A model generated the notes under the pieces. That model searched no databases, was not told the DNA's origin, and saw only the letters and a program-made list of their open reading frames with translations. Positions 37,680-49,568 of a stretch of DNA of 64,000 bases are shown piece after piece. Within the stretch, counting starts at the first letter, position 1; every line of letters begins with the position of its first letter. Source of the stretch: Octopus vulgaris (taxonomy: Eukaryota); the NCBI GenBank assembly GCA_951406725.2, contig OX597819.1, positions 56,172,001-56,236,000 on the forward strand. The letters are read 5' to 3'. The translations under genes and the position numbers were made by a program.

Positions 37680-37903
37680 CTTTTATCTTTTAATTGTTTC
37701 AGCCATTGGACTGCGGCCATACTGGGGCATTGCCTTGAATTTTTAGTCGAATGAATCGACCCCAGTACTTATCTTTTAAGCCTGGTACTTACTGTATCGG
37801 TTTCTTTTGCCGAACCGCTAAGTTACGGGGAAGTAAACTCACCAACGCCGGTTCTCAAGCCATGATGGTGGTGGGAAAAACACTGATACAAAGACACAGA
37901 CAC

Positions 37904-37905
<2 letters not shown>
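37680..37905 (-). mobile_element. SINE family B, 3' half
   Basis: Reverse match to the family B tail. Confidence 0.8.
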
Positions 37906-37992
<87 letters not shown>

Positions 37993-38031
37993 ATATAGCT
38001 CAAATTTATAGAGAAACAAAGACGAAGACAC

Positions 38032-38338
38032 GTTTCTAGGATATTTATTATATCCCTTCATCGTCTCCGATGAAAGGATATAATAAATATCCTAGAAACA
38101 GCTGTAAGACCTTCTATTTATAAATGTTCTAAAATCGACACAGCCTTGGTTTTTTGCCTCATTACGGAAAAAAAGTTATATACACACGCTGATATATGAC
38201 CTACGTTGAACCCCTTATTCGCATAATCACCGAACCTGGAACTCAACTATGGTCTATCCATAGCACTTACTCACCATTTCCTGACACCTCTGGATCTCAC
38301 TGACACCATTACCTCTCATAACCTCCCTCTCTCTCTCT

Positions 38339-38343
<5 letters not shown>
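38032..38343 (+). mobile_element. Small hammerhead-bearing PLE-type segment with a 32-bp fold-back at its 5' end, ending in ccct-(AT)n
   Basis: Arms 38032-38063 and 38068-38099; hammerhead at 38063-38110. Confidence 0.7.
38063..38110 (+). ncRNA. Minimal type-I hammerhead ribozyme (core CCGATGA, U4C)
   Basis: Stem I GTCT/AGAC; stem II AGGATA/TATCCT; GAAA; palindromic ACAGCTGT stem III; GUA triplet. Confidence 0.7.
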
Positions 38344-38436
<93 letters not shown>

Positions 38437-38681
38437 GTATATATATAAATTAGGAAGGCCACTGATGATCTAAACTAATGGGTACGCTGTGTGAGTGCGG
38501 CAATTGGTAAACCATTAGGATCAATGTTCCCAACGGATGTTTGAGCTGGGTATCCGTAGCCTATATCGGAGTCAGCGGGTGTAAATTAAAGGAATTATTT
38601 TAACTGGTGAATCGAAGTAATCAAAAGTAAATAATAATAAAATAATAATCCTTTCCACTATAGGTACAAGGCCTGAAATTT

Positions 38682-39001
38682 GTCTTCTATTATAGCCTCG
38701 GGCCAACCAAAGCCTTGTGAGTGGATTTGGTAGACGGAAACTGAAAGAAGCCCGTCGTATATATACATATATATATATAGGTGTATATGTTTGTGTGTCT
38801 GTGTTTGTCCCACTAACATCGCTCGACAACCGATACCGGTGTGTTTATGTCCCCGTAACTTAGCGGTTCGGCAAAAGAAACCGATAGAATATGTACTGGG
38901 CTTACAAAGAATAATTCCTGGGGTCGATTTTCTCGACTAAAGGCGGTGCTTCAGCATGGCCGCAGTCAAATGACTGAAACAAGTAAAAGAGTAAAAGAGT
39001 G
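38682..39001 (+). mobile_element. SINE family B, 5'-truncated
   Basis: gtcttctattatagcctcggg...gtaaaagagtaaaagag. Confidence 0.9.
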
Positions 39002-39069
39002 AAATGTGCATATGTTCACAGAAATTTGAATGAGTTTCACAGGAATTGATAGTAATATAAGTGTAAATA

Positions 39070-39492
39070 TTCGGTGAAGATCATAGCAAATATATATTAT
39101 TGAAAGTTCAAGACAATACATACTTCGAAAGAATCAACAACTACAGCCAATCAAAATTAATGGCAAAACTTACCACCCTTATCCATCAGTTCTAATTAGA
39201 TTTAACGGGAAAAGGAAGGGATTACTTAACTAGATTTGACTGCAAAACCAGTAACTTCTGTGGACTTCCAAAAATCCACAAAAGTGAAGCCATAAATGAA
39301 CCCTGTAGCAGATCAACTTCTGTAATCATAAATATTCTACTTGCAAGAGATCTCAAATTGAGGCCAGTTGTGGCTGGGCCTTCCAGTGAGACATACAGAC
39401 TCAGTAACTTTGTTGGCGTCCTCCTAAAACCTATTTTCCAGCATATACCGGACTTCATAAGAGATGACCTGAATTTTTTAAACGATCTCCTG
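39070..39492 (+). mobile_element. Penelope-like RT N-terminal fragment
   Basis: KTSNFCGLPKIHKS...LKLRPVVAGPSSETYRLSNFVGVLLKPIFQHIPDFIRDDLNFL. Confidence 0.85.
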
Positions 39493-39922
39493 TGTTGTTA
39501 GCGTGTAGCTGGGCAAATTGATCTATAAATTATAAGCCAACGCATTATTCAATATTGTAATTATAAATACATCACGTTGAAATAATTATATGTATCGAGT
39601 GAATGAGCGAGCGAGTGAGAGATAGAGAGAGAGAAAAAGAGAGAGAGAGAGAGAGAGAGAGAAGGGGAGTGAGAGTTAAGACTTTCATGTATGTATATAG
39701 AACGTATGGATTAGACCTTGTCTGTATTGTGTTTGTTTTATATTTCGAATTATTTGCAGCATATATTTGTGCATTAAGATTGCAAACACAATAAAATCAG
39801 ATACTCAATAAAACGTATCTCATAATGAAAAGAAACATTTTACACACACACACTCACATGTTCTCGTGCATTCACACACACAAACATATTTACACTTAGA
39901 TACATAAACACATTCATATTTA

Positions 39923-40605
39923 TTGGGTTGTCAGATAAATTCGTCCATTTTTCTTCCATTTATTGTAATCCTTATTTTTTCATCAAAAGCTTTTTTTAAA
40001 AAAAATCAGTCAATAATGTATGCACCTTCATTGTCCACGACTTCTCTGCTTCTGTCCTCGGGTAGCCTGGTGTCAAGTAAACTGGTGATAGAAGAGCGCT
40101 GAGGTCTTGGACCTCACCCATCAAGTGAGGTTGATGGGTGACGATATCATGAGAGTGTCCCATCTGCTGGGTCACTTGTCTAGTGGATTGGTGCGGCTCC
40201 TCGACGATGAACTCGTTTAATCGATCCTCATTATACTAAACAGAGAGGCCGGAACCGGAGTCTTTGAAGCGTGGAAACTCTTTCTGCGCAGTTCTTTCAG
40301 TAATAACGCCTCCTCAGTACACAGCATAAATGTCTTGAGTGACTTTGGGCGGCTTTGGAATCCAGTTTGAAAGCGAAGAGAAACAGGTGTCGAAAATGCT
40401 CATTTGTTTCCAGGTGGTACTCCAACATCATATGTTTGAAATATGTAAAAGTTATTGGAATTTCAAAAACGAAAAACAATCGTTGCAGAAGAATGCAACT
40501 AAAAAAAAAGGCAATAAAGCATTACGATAAAATTATTTTTCGCGTTTATTTAAATAGTTTTGAAAAAATTAAAATAAATGGAAAGAAACGAACGAATTTA
40601 TCTGA
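39923..40605 (-). mobile_element. Internally deleted mariner relic
   Basis: TIR ttgggttgtcagataaattcgt and truncated partner acgaatttatctga; minus strand LEYHLETNEHFRHLFLFAF..SKAA is a mariner N-terminus. Confidence 0.75.
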
Positions 40606-40822
40606 TACATATATTTTTGTCAAGCATTTAAATAAACACGCTACAACTCATATACACAGATACATACTCCCTCTCTCTCCCTAACACACAAACACACAAA
40701 TGTTCTTAAACGGACGTGCAAACACACACTCACGCTCACATGTCATACTCACACGTTCAACAAGAGAATAAGATATCACAGCGGTGTGAAATTCTATATT
40801 TTCTTATATAGTAGATCTAAGT

Positions 40823-41238
40823 TGACGAGATGGCAGAATCGTTAGCACGCCGGGCGAAATGCGTAGCCGTATTTCGTCTGCCGTCACGTTCTGAGTTCAA
40901 ATTCCGCTGAGGTCGACTTTGTCTTTCATCCTTTCGGGGTCGATAAATTAAGTACCAGTTACGCACTGGGGTCGATATAATCGACTTAATCCGTGTGTCT
41001 GTCCTTGTTTGTCCCTCTGTGTTTAGCCCCTTGTGGATAGTAAAGAAATGAGAATCGTTAGTACATCGAGCAAAATGCTTAGCGGCTTTTCGTTCGCGTT
41101 GACGTCCTGAGTTCAAATTCCGCCTAGGTCAACTTTGCCTTTCATCCTTTCGGGGTCGAGCATTGGGATCCTGAGACCATGTAGTCGACTTACTCACTTC
41201 ACCGACATTTCTGGCCTTGTAACCAAAATTTGAAGCCA
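40823..41238 (+). mobile_element. Two tandem SINE family A copies
   Basis: Family A core at ~40888 and ~41107. Confidence 0.9.
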
Positions 41239-42827
41239 GTGTTTGAACAAACTGCAAAGAAAGTATTGAACATATATATTTGCTTTATCTAGTTTACTTT
41301 AACCATTTGAAATGGATTTATAAGCAGTGTGTTCATGAAGAGTAGGGAATTTGTACAGATACAGATGAAACTCCAAGCAGAGTTGAAATATGCAGCATAT
41401 ACAGCTGTTCTTTCCTAATCTGTGCATGGACATATTGTGTATAGAGACATAATGTTTACATTCATCGTAACACGTATAATGTTGGGTAATAATAAAAATC
41501 TATAGCTATATTCAATAGTATATTGCTAGCAAGCTTGTTTGCTTTGCTGCGTCGGGGAAACATTTATAGAATTGATTTTCTTCTCACTGATCTGAAAATG
41601 GCAGATGAAAGACACCTAGAACAATTTGCAATACATTGATCTATGCCTGGGTTTCCCAGATATGAACTCTCGGAGTGTCGCGCCCGTGCAATCGCCATTC
41701 TATTGCGTGTGGTGGGTAGATCTTCAAGTTGCCACACGCATTCTTAGTAGCTTAGAGTAGGCTCGAATTAGAGATTATTCTTTGTGGCTAATGGCGTGAA
41801 TCCTGATTAGAAGAAGAAGAAGAAGAAGAAGAAGAAGAAGAAGAAGAAGAAGAAGAAACAGTAATAGTCGTAATTATAGTAGCAGTTGTAGTTATTGCTT
41901 AGCCCTAGGGTGGCTCTGTCTGACTGTGTAGAAGTTTGATTTATGAAATTCTAGACAGGGTTATTCTGCCCTTCTCATGAGTATTGCCTATCTAGAAATG
42001 TGTTAGTCATTATACTGTGTTAGTCATTACTATCGTGCACGGATATGGTTTGACGAAGGTTTGGCGGATATTCTTAAAAGGCTCGAAGGCTCATATAAAG
42101 CTAAAGTTTTTCTCCAGCTTATTCCCGTTTCTGAGGTGGAAACTGGTACGTCTTGCTAAACTGGATGATCCCAGTCCATTGCAAGCTTAATCTCAACTCA
42201 GCAGGGTGAATCCTATCATTTTAATTCGAGTGGACTGAAGCTATGTGAAATCAAGGACTTTACTCACAGACGAAGTCGCGCCTGATCTGAGAACCGAACC
42301 AACAACCTAACCATCGTCAGTCTAACATCCTCATCACTACTCCGTGGATCTTCGCATGGTTCATGTAAGTAACAATCAGGAGTTGAGATGAATTGTTGGG
42401 GGTAATCGTAATATAATCAACTATATCTCTACTCTCAGAAATGTATACCCTTGTACTTAATGTGGAAATTAATATTTTAATTTCCTGTAAAATTCATAAT
42501 ACCATTTCCTGATAAAACTAGGAGAATTCCAACTGGAAAGATTATAACTGTCGTTTGATGAGGCTGTATTATTATTTGAATAGCGTAATACATTAATAAA
42601 CACGGGAACAGCAGGCAGCAGAATATAGTAATATAGATTGTTTCATATACTGATAGCAATAACAAGTTAATTTGTGAAATTGTGTTATGGCCATATTCAT
42701 TCCTATGTCTAGGAAAGGAGGTTTGATTTATTTCGTCCTTTTCTGCAGAACAGAACTCGATTTCCGATATAGGTAAGGCATAAAACCTATAATTTCGGAA
42801 ACTGGTGAATAGTTGATATTCGAACTC

Positions 42828-43050
42828 GGGCAGAAACGTTAGCACGCCGGGTGAAATGCTTATCAGTATTTCGTCTGCCGTTACATTCTGAGTTCAAATT
42901 CCGCTGAGGTCGACTTTGCCTTTCATCCTTTCGTGGTCGATTAAATAAGTACCAGTTTCGCACTGGGGTCGATATAATCGACTTAATCCATTTGTCTGTC
43001 CTTGTTTGTCCTCCCTGTGTTTAGCCCCTTGCGGGTAGTAAAGAAATAGA
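42828..43050 (+). mobile_element. SINE family A with a probable target-site duplication
   Basis: Flanked by gatattcgaactcggg at 42815-42830 and 43049-43064. Confidence 0.9.
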
Positions 43051-43679
43051 TATTCGAACTCGGGAAAATGAAAGGCAAAATTAATCTTGACAAGATTTGA
43101 ACTCAAAACGTACAAAGTCGGAGCAAATAACGCAATGCATTTTTGTCCGATGCCCTAATGATATTGCCAATTCACTGCTCCTTTCCACGGAACAATTTTT
43201 TTTTTGGTAGCACAGAGGGAAGCTCCTCCCTCCTATCAGATTTGCAGCGTAGATGTAGATCAAACACTTGAACGGTCATCGACCACTGAATAATGAAAGT
43301 TAAAAATCTATGGGAGATTTTGAACTCAGATTGTAAAGCGGTTAATTAAACAGAGAGCAATTAATTTTGCTCGACCTTCAACTATTCTGTTTCACTAGTG
43401 CCACTATTTATTCCGTTGTCCTACCGAATCTTTCTTTCCAACGCCAACATCTTGTCCATTGTGTTTCCAAATGTGTCACATATTGTCCATCGGAATATTT
43501 TTTTTGTCATAAAAGTGCCTTCATAATGTTCATAGAATTGATTGTTATGTAGGTCACTGAGTCTATACGCATGAAAAACAAAGAATTTCAGACAAAATGT
43601 TATGAAGAAAGATGTTGGAGTGTACATACATACAAAAGAAAAGAGGGAATAGTGAAGTGCAGTATGCAATAAGTGGAAA

Positions 43680-43727
<48 letters not shown>

Positions 43728-43729
<2 letters not shown>

Positions 43730-44172
43730 AATGCTGGCCATTGATAAAATTTTTTCGAAAAGAATCTTTTTTCGAAAAAAATTTTATCCTACATTAGATA
43801 TAAATTTAAGAGTTCACTTCCGGACTCTCCCACTCTGTGAGGGCCTCAGTTAAAATCGCACGTGTCTCGAATGGGCTGGAGTATTTTATTTTAAATGTAT
43901 TTGTGGTACTTAATTGTGCTCATGACTTAGTATGAGTAAGTATCTCAATTAATTCTTTTGTACATGTATCACTGACGAAGGGAGGGCTGTAATGAGCTAA
44001 CCCTGAAATCGGTCCGATATGGTAATAATGGAATTTTTAAGAAATTTCTGTCGACCTTTTTTCGAGTAGCGTGCGTATTGGGATAAAACATTATATGGTT
44101 AATGGACAATATGTCCAATTTTTCGGCATATTTGGCATTAGAAATTCTTTCGTTTGCCCTTATTTATGAATT

Positions 44173-44176
<4 letters not shown>
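43728..44176 (+). mobile_element. ~450-bp non-coding hammerhead-bearing element between two (TA)n tracts (solo PLE pLTR or retrozyme-like)
   Basis: Bounded by (TA)n at 43681-43727 and 44177-44218; 5' palindrome at 43743-43788; intact hammerhead. Confidence 0.7.
43967..44024 (+). ncRNA. Type-I hammerhead ribozyme with a canonical core
   Basis: Stem I TATCA/TGGTA; CTGACGA; stem II AGGG/CCCT extended by GCT/AGC; GAAA; stem III ATCG/CGAT; AUA triplet, predicted cut after 44019. Confidence 0.85.
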
Positions 44177-44217
<41 letters not shown>

Positions 44218-44220
<3 letters not shown>

Positions 44221-44954
44221 TTTTATTCTTTTACTTATTTCAGTCAGTTGATTGCGGCCATGCTGGAGCGACGCCTTTAGTCGAGCAAATCGTCCCCAGG
44301 ACTTATTCTTTGTAAGCCTAGTACTTATTCTGTCGGTCACTTTTGCCGAATCGCTAAGTTACAGGAACGTAATCACACCAGCATCGGTTGTCAAGCGATG
44401 TTGGAGTGACAAACACAGGCACACAAACATATGCATACACATACATATATATGCATACATATATACGACGGGCTTCTTTTAGTTTCCACCTACCAAATCC
44501 ACTCTCAAGGCATTGGTCGGCCCGAAGCTATAGTTAAAGACACTTGTCCAACGTGCCACGCCGTGGGACTGAACTCGGAACCATGAGGTTGGTAAGCAAG
44601 CTACTTACCACACCGGCGTGGCTGTGTCGTAAGAGGTTTTCTTCCCAGCAGCATGGTTCTGGGTTCAGCCCCACTGCGTGGTATCTTGGGCAATAGGGTG
44701 GATTTGTACACAGAAACTGAAAGAACCCGTCGTATATATGTGTGTGTCTGTGTTTGTCCTCCTCGCCATCGCTTGACAAACAATTCTGGTGTATTTATGT
44801 CCCCGTTACTTAGCGGTTCGGCAAAAACGACCGATAGAATATGTACTAGGCTTACAAAGAAGTCTTGGAGTCAAATTCTTCGACTAAAACCCTTTAAGGC
44901 GGTGCTCCTGCATGGCCGCAGTCAAATGAAAGAAACAGGTAAAAAATAAAAGAA
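44218..44954. mobile_element. Head-to-head pair of SINE family B (minus 44218-44613, plus 44614-44954)
   Basis: Both match the family B consensus in opposite orientations with no spacer. Confidence 0.9.
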
Positions 44955-44982
44955 TATATACATATGAGTGTGCGCGCGCGCA

Positions 44983-45026
<44 letters not shown>

Positions 45027-45499
45027 CACACACATATATATATGCACTGTGTAAACTATGGGGATAAAAAATTATAATAGTTTATTACCATTGGTTCCCA
45101 TGCGTAATAAAGTCCTACGACTTATATATAAGAGAGGATAAAGATTTAGACTCAGCGAAAAGACTCTTGACATGACTTCTTACATGCTAAAAAGGGCAGT
45201 TAAACTCAAATTACGCAAAGAATAATTATAAAGGCACGCTAATAATGATACTGGAATGAGTAGAAACAAAAATTATAAGTTAATCCGTTAATTTTGATTC
45301 GCTTTTTAATGAGCAAATGAATTAATTTATCATCTGTAGTTCATCAGTGGGATCGCTAAAAGAATGCATACTTATGTAGCTTTAATACGTACCGAGCTCC
45401 ATCTTAATACATGCATACATACATACACACATACATACATACATACATACATGCATACATACATACATACATACATACATACATACATACGCCATGATA

Positions 45500-45673
45500 G
45501 ATCGCTAGCCAGTTCGCATTCTTTATTTTCTCTCCTTGTTTCTTTCTGTGTTCCTTTCTGTGGAAGAGCGTAGGCTCGAAACGTTAAAGACGTTTTCACT
45601 TCCAGTGCGTTGTACTAATACATGTTTGTTGCCTACACCACCTGTCTTCGACGTTTGCTTTTTTGTGAATTCT

Positions 45674-45679
<6 letters not shown>
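45500..45679 (+). mobile_element. PLE-type pLTR fragment with a hammerhead variant (45554-45589, core CTGTGGA)
   Basis: Stem I CTTT/AAAG; stem II GAGC/GCTC; GAAACGTT; downstream tail shared with 59245-59322, 63372-63453 and 37997-38031(-); ends ccct-(AT)n. Confidence 0.7.
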
Positions 45680-45726
<47 letters not shown>

Positions 45727-45769
45727 TAGATAGATAAGAAAGTTTGTTTGTGAAAGCACGTGGGTGAAT

Positions 45770-46658
45770 ATATAAGAAAATAGTAAAGAGTGAAAAAACG
45801 ACAGAAGGCTTAAATGTTAAAGAATATATATATTTGCGTCAATATGTCTGGAGAATATTGGAAAAACTTTTTTCCCTTCTTATAATGACATAATTTTATA
45901 ATTTTTAAAGAAAGACCGGTTTCGCATTTAGCTCTTCAAATTTCTTGCGACGTAATGTTTATCTTTAATAGCGTTATCCTTGTTTTTTTTGCTACGGAGA
46001 GTTCTAAATAAGGGAAGGTAGTGAGTGATTTCTTCCGGTGTAAGGGAGATAATCGTTTAAAAGAATTTTTTTCCTTTTTCTCTTAGTGTGAATTTCTCTG
46101 TATTATTATGTTTGGATAGTTGAGTCTGGGTTTGTACTTTTCAATGAAGAATGTTTCCTTGTTTAGTCTAATTTGTGTTGATGATCCGAAAGCACATTGG
46201 TAAAATGGAAAGATTAAAAATTGTGGTTGTAGTTGCTTTGCGCATTTCTCAATGTGCTCACTAAAAGGTATCATTCTATATTCTGGGAATGCAATCTGTT
46301 GTCGATGCAGTGTGCATCTACGTCTGAGTGATAGTCCCGTGGACCCCACGTAGTCTTGGTGGCAGCCTGAGCATTTTATGACATAAATTATGTTTTCAGA
46401 GGCACAAGTAAAGTTAGATTTGATCTTGAATTTCTGTCCCTCTTTAAAGAAGAATTCTGATCCTTCTAGTAGGTTAGGACATGTTGCACAGTTCTATCTA
46501 CCACATTTTTTTACTTTTGCATCCGTAATTTCAGAAGATAATTTTGCCTTTGTGAGAATCTTTTTAAGTGATTTAGGCTGTTTGTAGCTTTTAATGAGTT
46601 GGTGTATGTTTAGAATTTCCTTTAATTTGGGGTTTTTATGAAGTATTGGTAAATTCTG
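45770..46658 (-). mobile_element. Inverted pseudo-LTR: reverse copy of the last ~890 bp of the adjacent Penelope-like element
   Basis: Reverse complement of 47446-48330 with about ten differences; minus-strand ORFs 46083-46349 and 46494-46703 repeat the GIY-YIG peptide. Confidence 0.95.
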
Positions 46659-46938
46659 AGGCAATACAGTTCTGGTTAGACCAATTTCCGGAAGAAATAC
46701 CAAAAAGGATCAGTAAAGAATTCATTACTAAATCAATTGAATTCATCCTACACAATAACCACTTCATGTTTGACAATACATTTTACCGTCAAAAATCCGG
46801 AATTGCTATGGGTACAAGGGCAGCACCAGTCATTGCGAACTTAACAATGGGATACATGGAAATAATCATTTACCAGGAATCTTTATCAATCTTTGGAAAC
46901 CCCTCTCTCAATACATAAAAGAGAACTGGAAACGATTC

Positions 46939-48021
46939 TTGGACGATTGTTTTATTCTCTGGAATGAAAACACAGATAAACTCTTAAAAGTTAAAAACCT
47001 AATGAACAGCATAAACCCAAATATACAGTTCACAATGGAATACAACCAAAAGGAGCTCCCGTTCTTGGATATACTAATTAAAAAAATTAACCTTAAAATA
47101 GAAACAGACATTTTCTACAAAGCCACAGACGCCAAACAATACCTTCTCTTTAATTCATGCCACCCAAGACACACTAAAACAAACATCCCCTTCAACCTTG
47201 CAAGAAGGATATGCACAATAGTGTCAGAACAAAATACCAGGAACTTCAGACTGCAAGAACTCAAAAACACCTTAATTGACAGACATTACCCAGCTCAACT
47301 TATAGGGGATGTGATCAGACGTGCAACAGAAATCAACATAGAAACTTTAAGAAAAGTTCAACACAACAACACACCTTCCCCGAAAATACTACCTTACATA
47401 TCTACATACAACCCCAGAAACAAAGAAGCTTTCACCATCATCACCCAGAATTTACCAATACTTCATAAAAACCCCAAATTAAAGGAAATTCTAAACATAC
47501 ACCAAATCATTAAAAGCTACAAACAGCCTAAATCACTTAAAAAGATTCTCACAAAGGCAAAATTATCTTCTGAAATTACGGATGCAAAAGTAAAAAAATG
47601 TGGTAGATCGAACTGTGCAACATGTCCTAACCTACTAGAAGGATCAGAATTCTTCTTTAAAGAGGGACAGAAATTCAAGATCAAATCTAACTTTACTTGT
47701 GCCTCTGAAAACATAATTTATGTCATAAAATGCTCAGGCTGCCACCAAGACTACGTGGGGTCCACGGGACTATCACTCAGACGTAGATGCACACTGCATC
47801 GACAACAGATTGCATTCCCAGAATATAGAATGATACCTTTTAGTGAGCACATTGAGAAACGCGCAAAGCAACTACAACCACAATTTTTAATCTTTCCATT
47901 TTACCAATGTGCTTTCGGATCATCAACACAAATTAGACTAAACAAGGAAACATTCTTCATTGAAAAGTACAAACCCAGACTCAACTATCCAAACATAATA
48001 ATACAGAGAAATTCACACTAA
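46939..48021 (+). CDS. PLE polyprotein C-terminal 360 aa: RT palm end, thumb, Cys linker, GIY-YIG endonuclease (partial; 5'-truncated element)
   Basis: (FL)DDCF, LPFLDI, SCHPRHTK.NIPF, CGRSNCATC, NIIYVIKC..C...YVGST...LRRR...H, KETFFI....P.LN. Confidence 0.9.
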   Translation: MDDCFILWNENTDKLLKVKNLMNSINPNIQFTMEYNQKELPFLDILIKKINLKIETDIFYKATDAKQYLLFNSCHPRHTKTNIPFNLARRICTIVSEQNTRNFRLQELKNTLIDRHYPAQLIGDVIRRATEINIETLRKVQHNNTPSPKILPYISTYNPRNKEAFTIITQNLPILHKNPKLKEILNIHQIIKSYKQPKSLKKILTKAKLSSEITDAKVKKCGRSNCATCPNLLEGSEFFFKEGQKFKIKSNFTCASENIIYVIKCSGCHQDYVGSTGLSLRRRCTLHRQQIAFPEYRMIPFSEHIEKRAKQLQPQFLIFPFYQCAFGSSTQIRLNKETFFIEKYKPRLNYPNIIIQRNSH

Positions 48022-48156
48022 GAGAAAAAGGAAAAAAAAATTTTTAAGCGATTATCTCCCTTACACCGGAAGAAATCACGCACTACCTTCCCTTATTTAG
48101 AACTCTTCGTAGCAAAAAAACAAGGATAACGCTATTAAAGATAAACATTACGTCGC

Positions 48157-48195
48157 AAGAAATTTGAAGAGCTAAATGCGAAACCGGTCTTTCTT
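48157..48195 (+). ncRNA. Minimal hammerhead variant in the PLE 3' UTR (mirror copy at 45908-45946, minus)
   Basis: Stem I AAGAAA/TTTCTT; core TTGAAGA (C3U) preceded by an extra T; stem II GC/GC; GAAA; palindromic ACCGGT; GUC triplet. Confidence 0.6.
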
Positions 48196-48556
48196 TAAAA
48201 ATTATAAAATTATGTCATTATAAGAAGGGAAAAAAGTTTTTCCAATATTCTCCAGACATATTGACGTAAATATATATATTCTTTAACATTTAAGCCTTCT
48301 GTCGCTTTTTCACTCTTTACTATTTTCTTATATATATATATATATATATACTAGCTACTTACCACTCAGCCGCTTCCGCGCCTATTCATTAGTTCTACAA
48401 AATATTGGAAAAGGCGAAATAGAAAGTATATTTTGTCGACGCAATGGTTATGGATTTAATGCTTATCACTATCAGATTTATTTTTCAGTTCTTTATTCCA
48501 AGTGGCTAGACACAGTTTCCTTGAACGTGTCATCCCCTGTAACATCTATCTATCTA

Positions 48557-49416
48557 CAGTCAACTCTCGCTACTATGCCACCCTGCGGGACTGAGCCAAA
48601 GTGGCATAGTACCGAGAGTGGCATAGTACCCAGGGTCTGTTATCTGAACACTACATAACCAAAAATTTACTGAACATACGAATAAAAATTGATAGGGTAG
48701 GAAGTAAGGCCAATAAGAAGTTCGATGCAATGGTAAAAAGAAGACATCCAAGTTTAAGTTCAGATTGCTTTTAGTTAATCCCGAAGCTCTCAAAAATTGT
48801 CGGCTGACGCATCTTCTTTCGGCGGATTTCATTCATTTCGTTGTCTAGCCTATCACACGCCTGCATGACGCTGGGTTTTCCGCTGCTCTGCTGCTGCATA
48901 AACTTTCGGATAGTGCTCCATGCTCTCTGGGCATCTGCAAACGAAACGTATTCTCTTCCACAATTACCTCGTCGTCTTCACTTTCCACCGGCTTTTCGTT
49001 ATGCATTACCTCCTTTGCTATTTCTTCTAGAGTGAAACATGTCGGACAATACAAGGGGCGGTAACTTGTATCAGATATTACTAATGATACGAGGGGCCCG
49101 ACAATAACGTTTTTCGCAGCATCGATAATCTCCTTCTTTTCCTTCAGCGTAAACTCAGTCCGCTTGCGTTTCTGAGCTGACATTGTGTGCTACTTTCTGA
49201 ACTTTTCCACAAGATTACTGATACGTAATGTACAAAATGTAGGAGTACAAAATTTCGAAAAGTTGCGTGCGCTTCAGTTTACAAGTGGCATACTAGCGAG
49301 AGTTGAGGGTGGCATAGTAAAAATGTTTTGTTTATTATTTGGCCGGGACCGCGCAAAACTGGCATAGTAGCGAGAGTGGCATAGTAGCGAGGTGGCATAG
49401 TAGCGAGAGTTGACTG
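48557..49416 (-). mobile_element. Tigger/pogo-family non-autonomous transposon (internal deletion) with perfect 26-bp TIRs and TA duplication
   Basis: TIR cagtcaactctcgctactatgccacc at both ends; subterminal ggcatagta repeats; MSAQKRKRTEFTLKEKKEII (CENP-B/psq HTH start) fused to an acidic C-terminal region. Confidence 0.92.

Positions 49417-49568
<152 letters not shown>

Larger units (their letters stand above)
46659..48330 (+). mobile_element. 5'-truncated young Penelope-like retroelement (Neptune-like)
   Basis: RT motifs FYRQKSGIAMGTRAAPVIANL and WKRFLDD; one frameshift near 46900; 3' UTR ending in (TA)n. Confidence 0.95.

Noticed and set aside
40817-41116. Recurrent peptides such as YLIYRPRKDERQSRP and MKGKVDL (also 42894, 59004)
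   Set aside because: Incidental translations of SINE family A, not a gene family
41704-41740. Hairpin tgcgtgtgg...ccacacgca as a miRNA or terminator
   Set aside because: Stem too short for a pre-miRNA; intrinsic terminators are not relevant in this eukaryotic context
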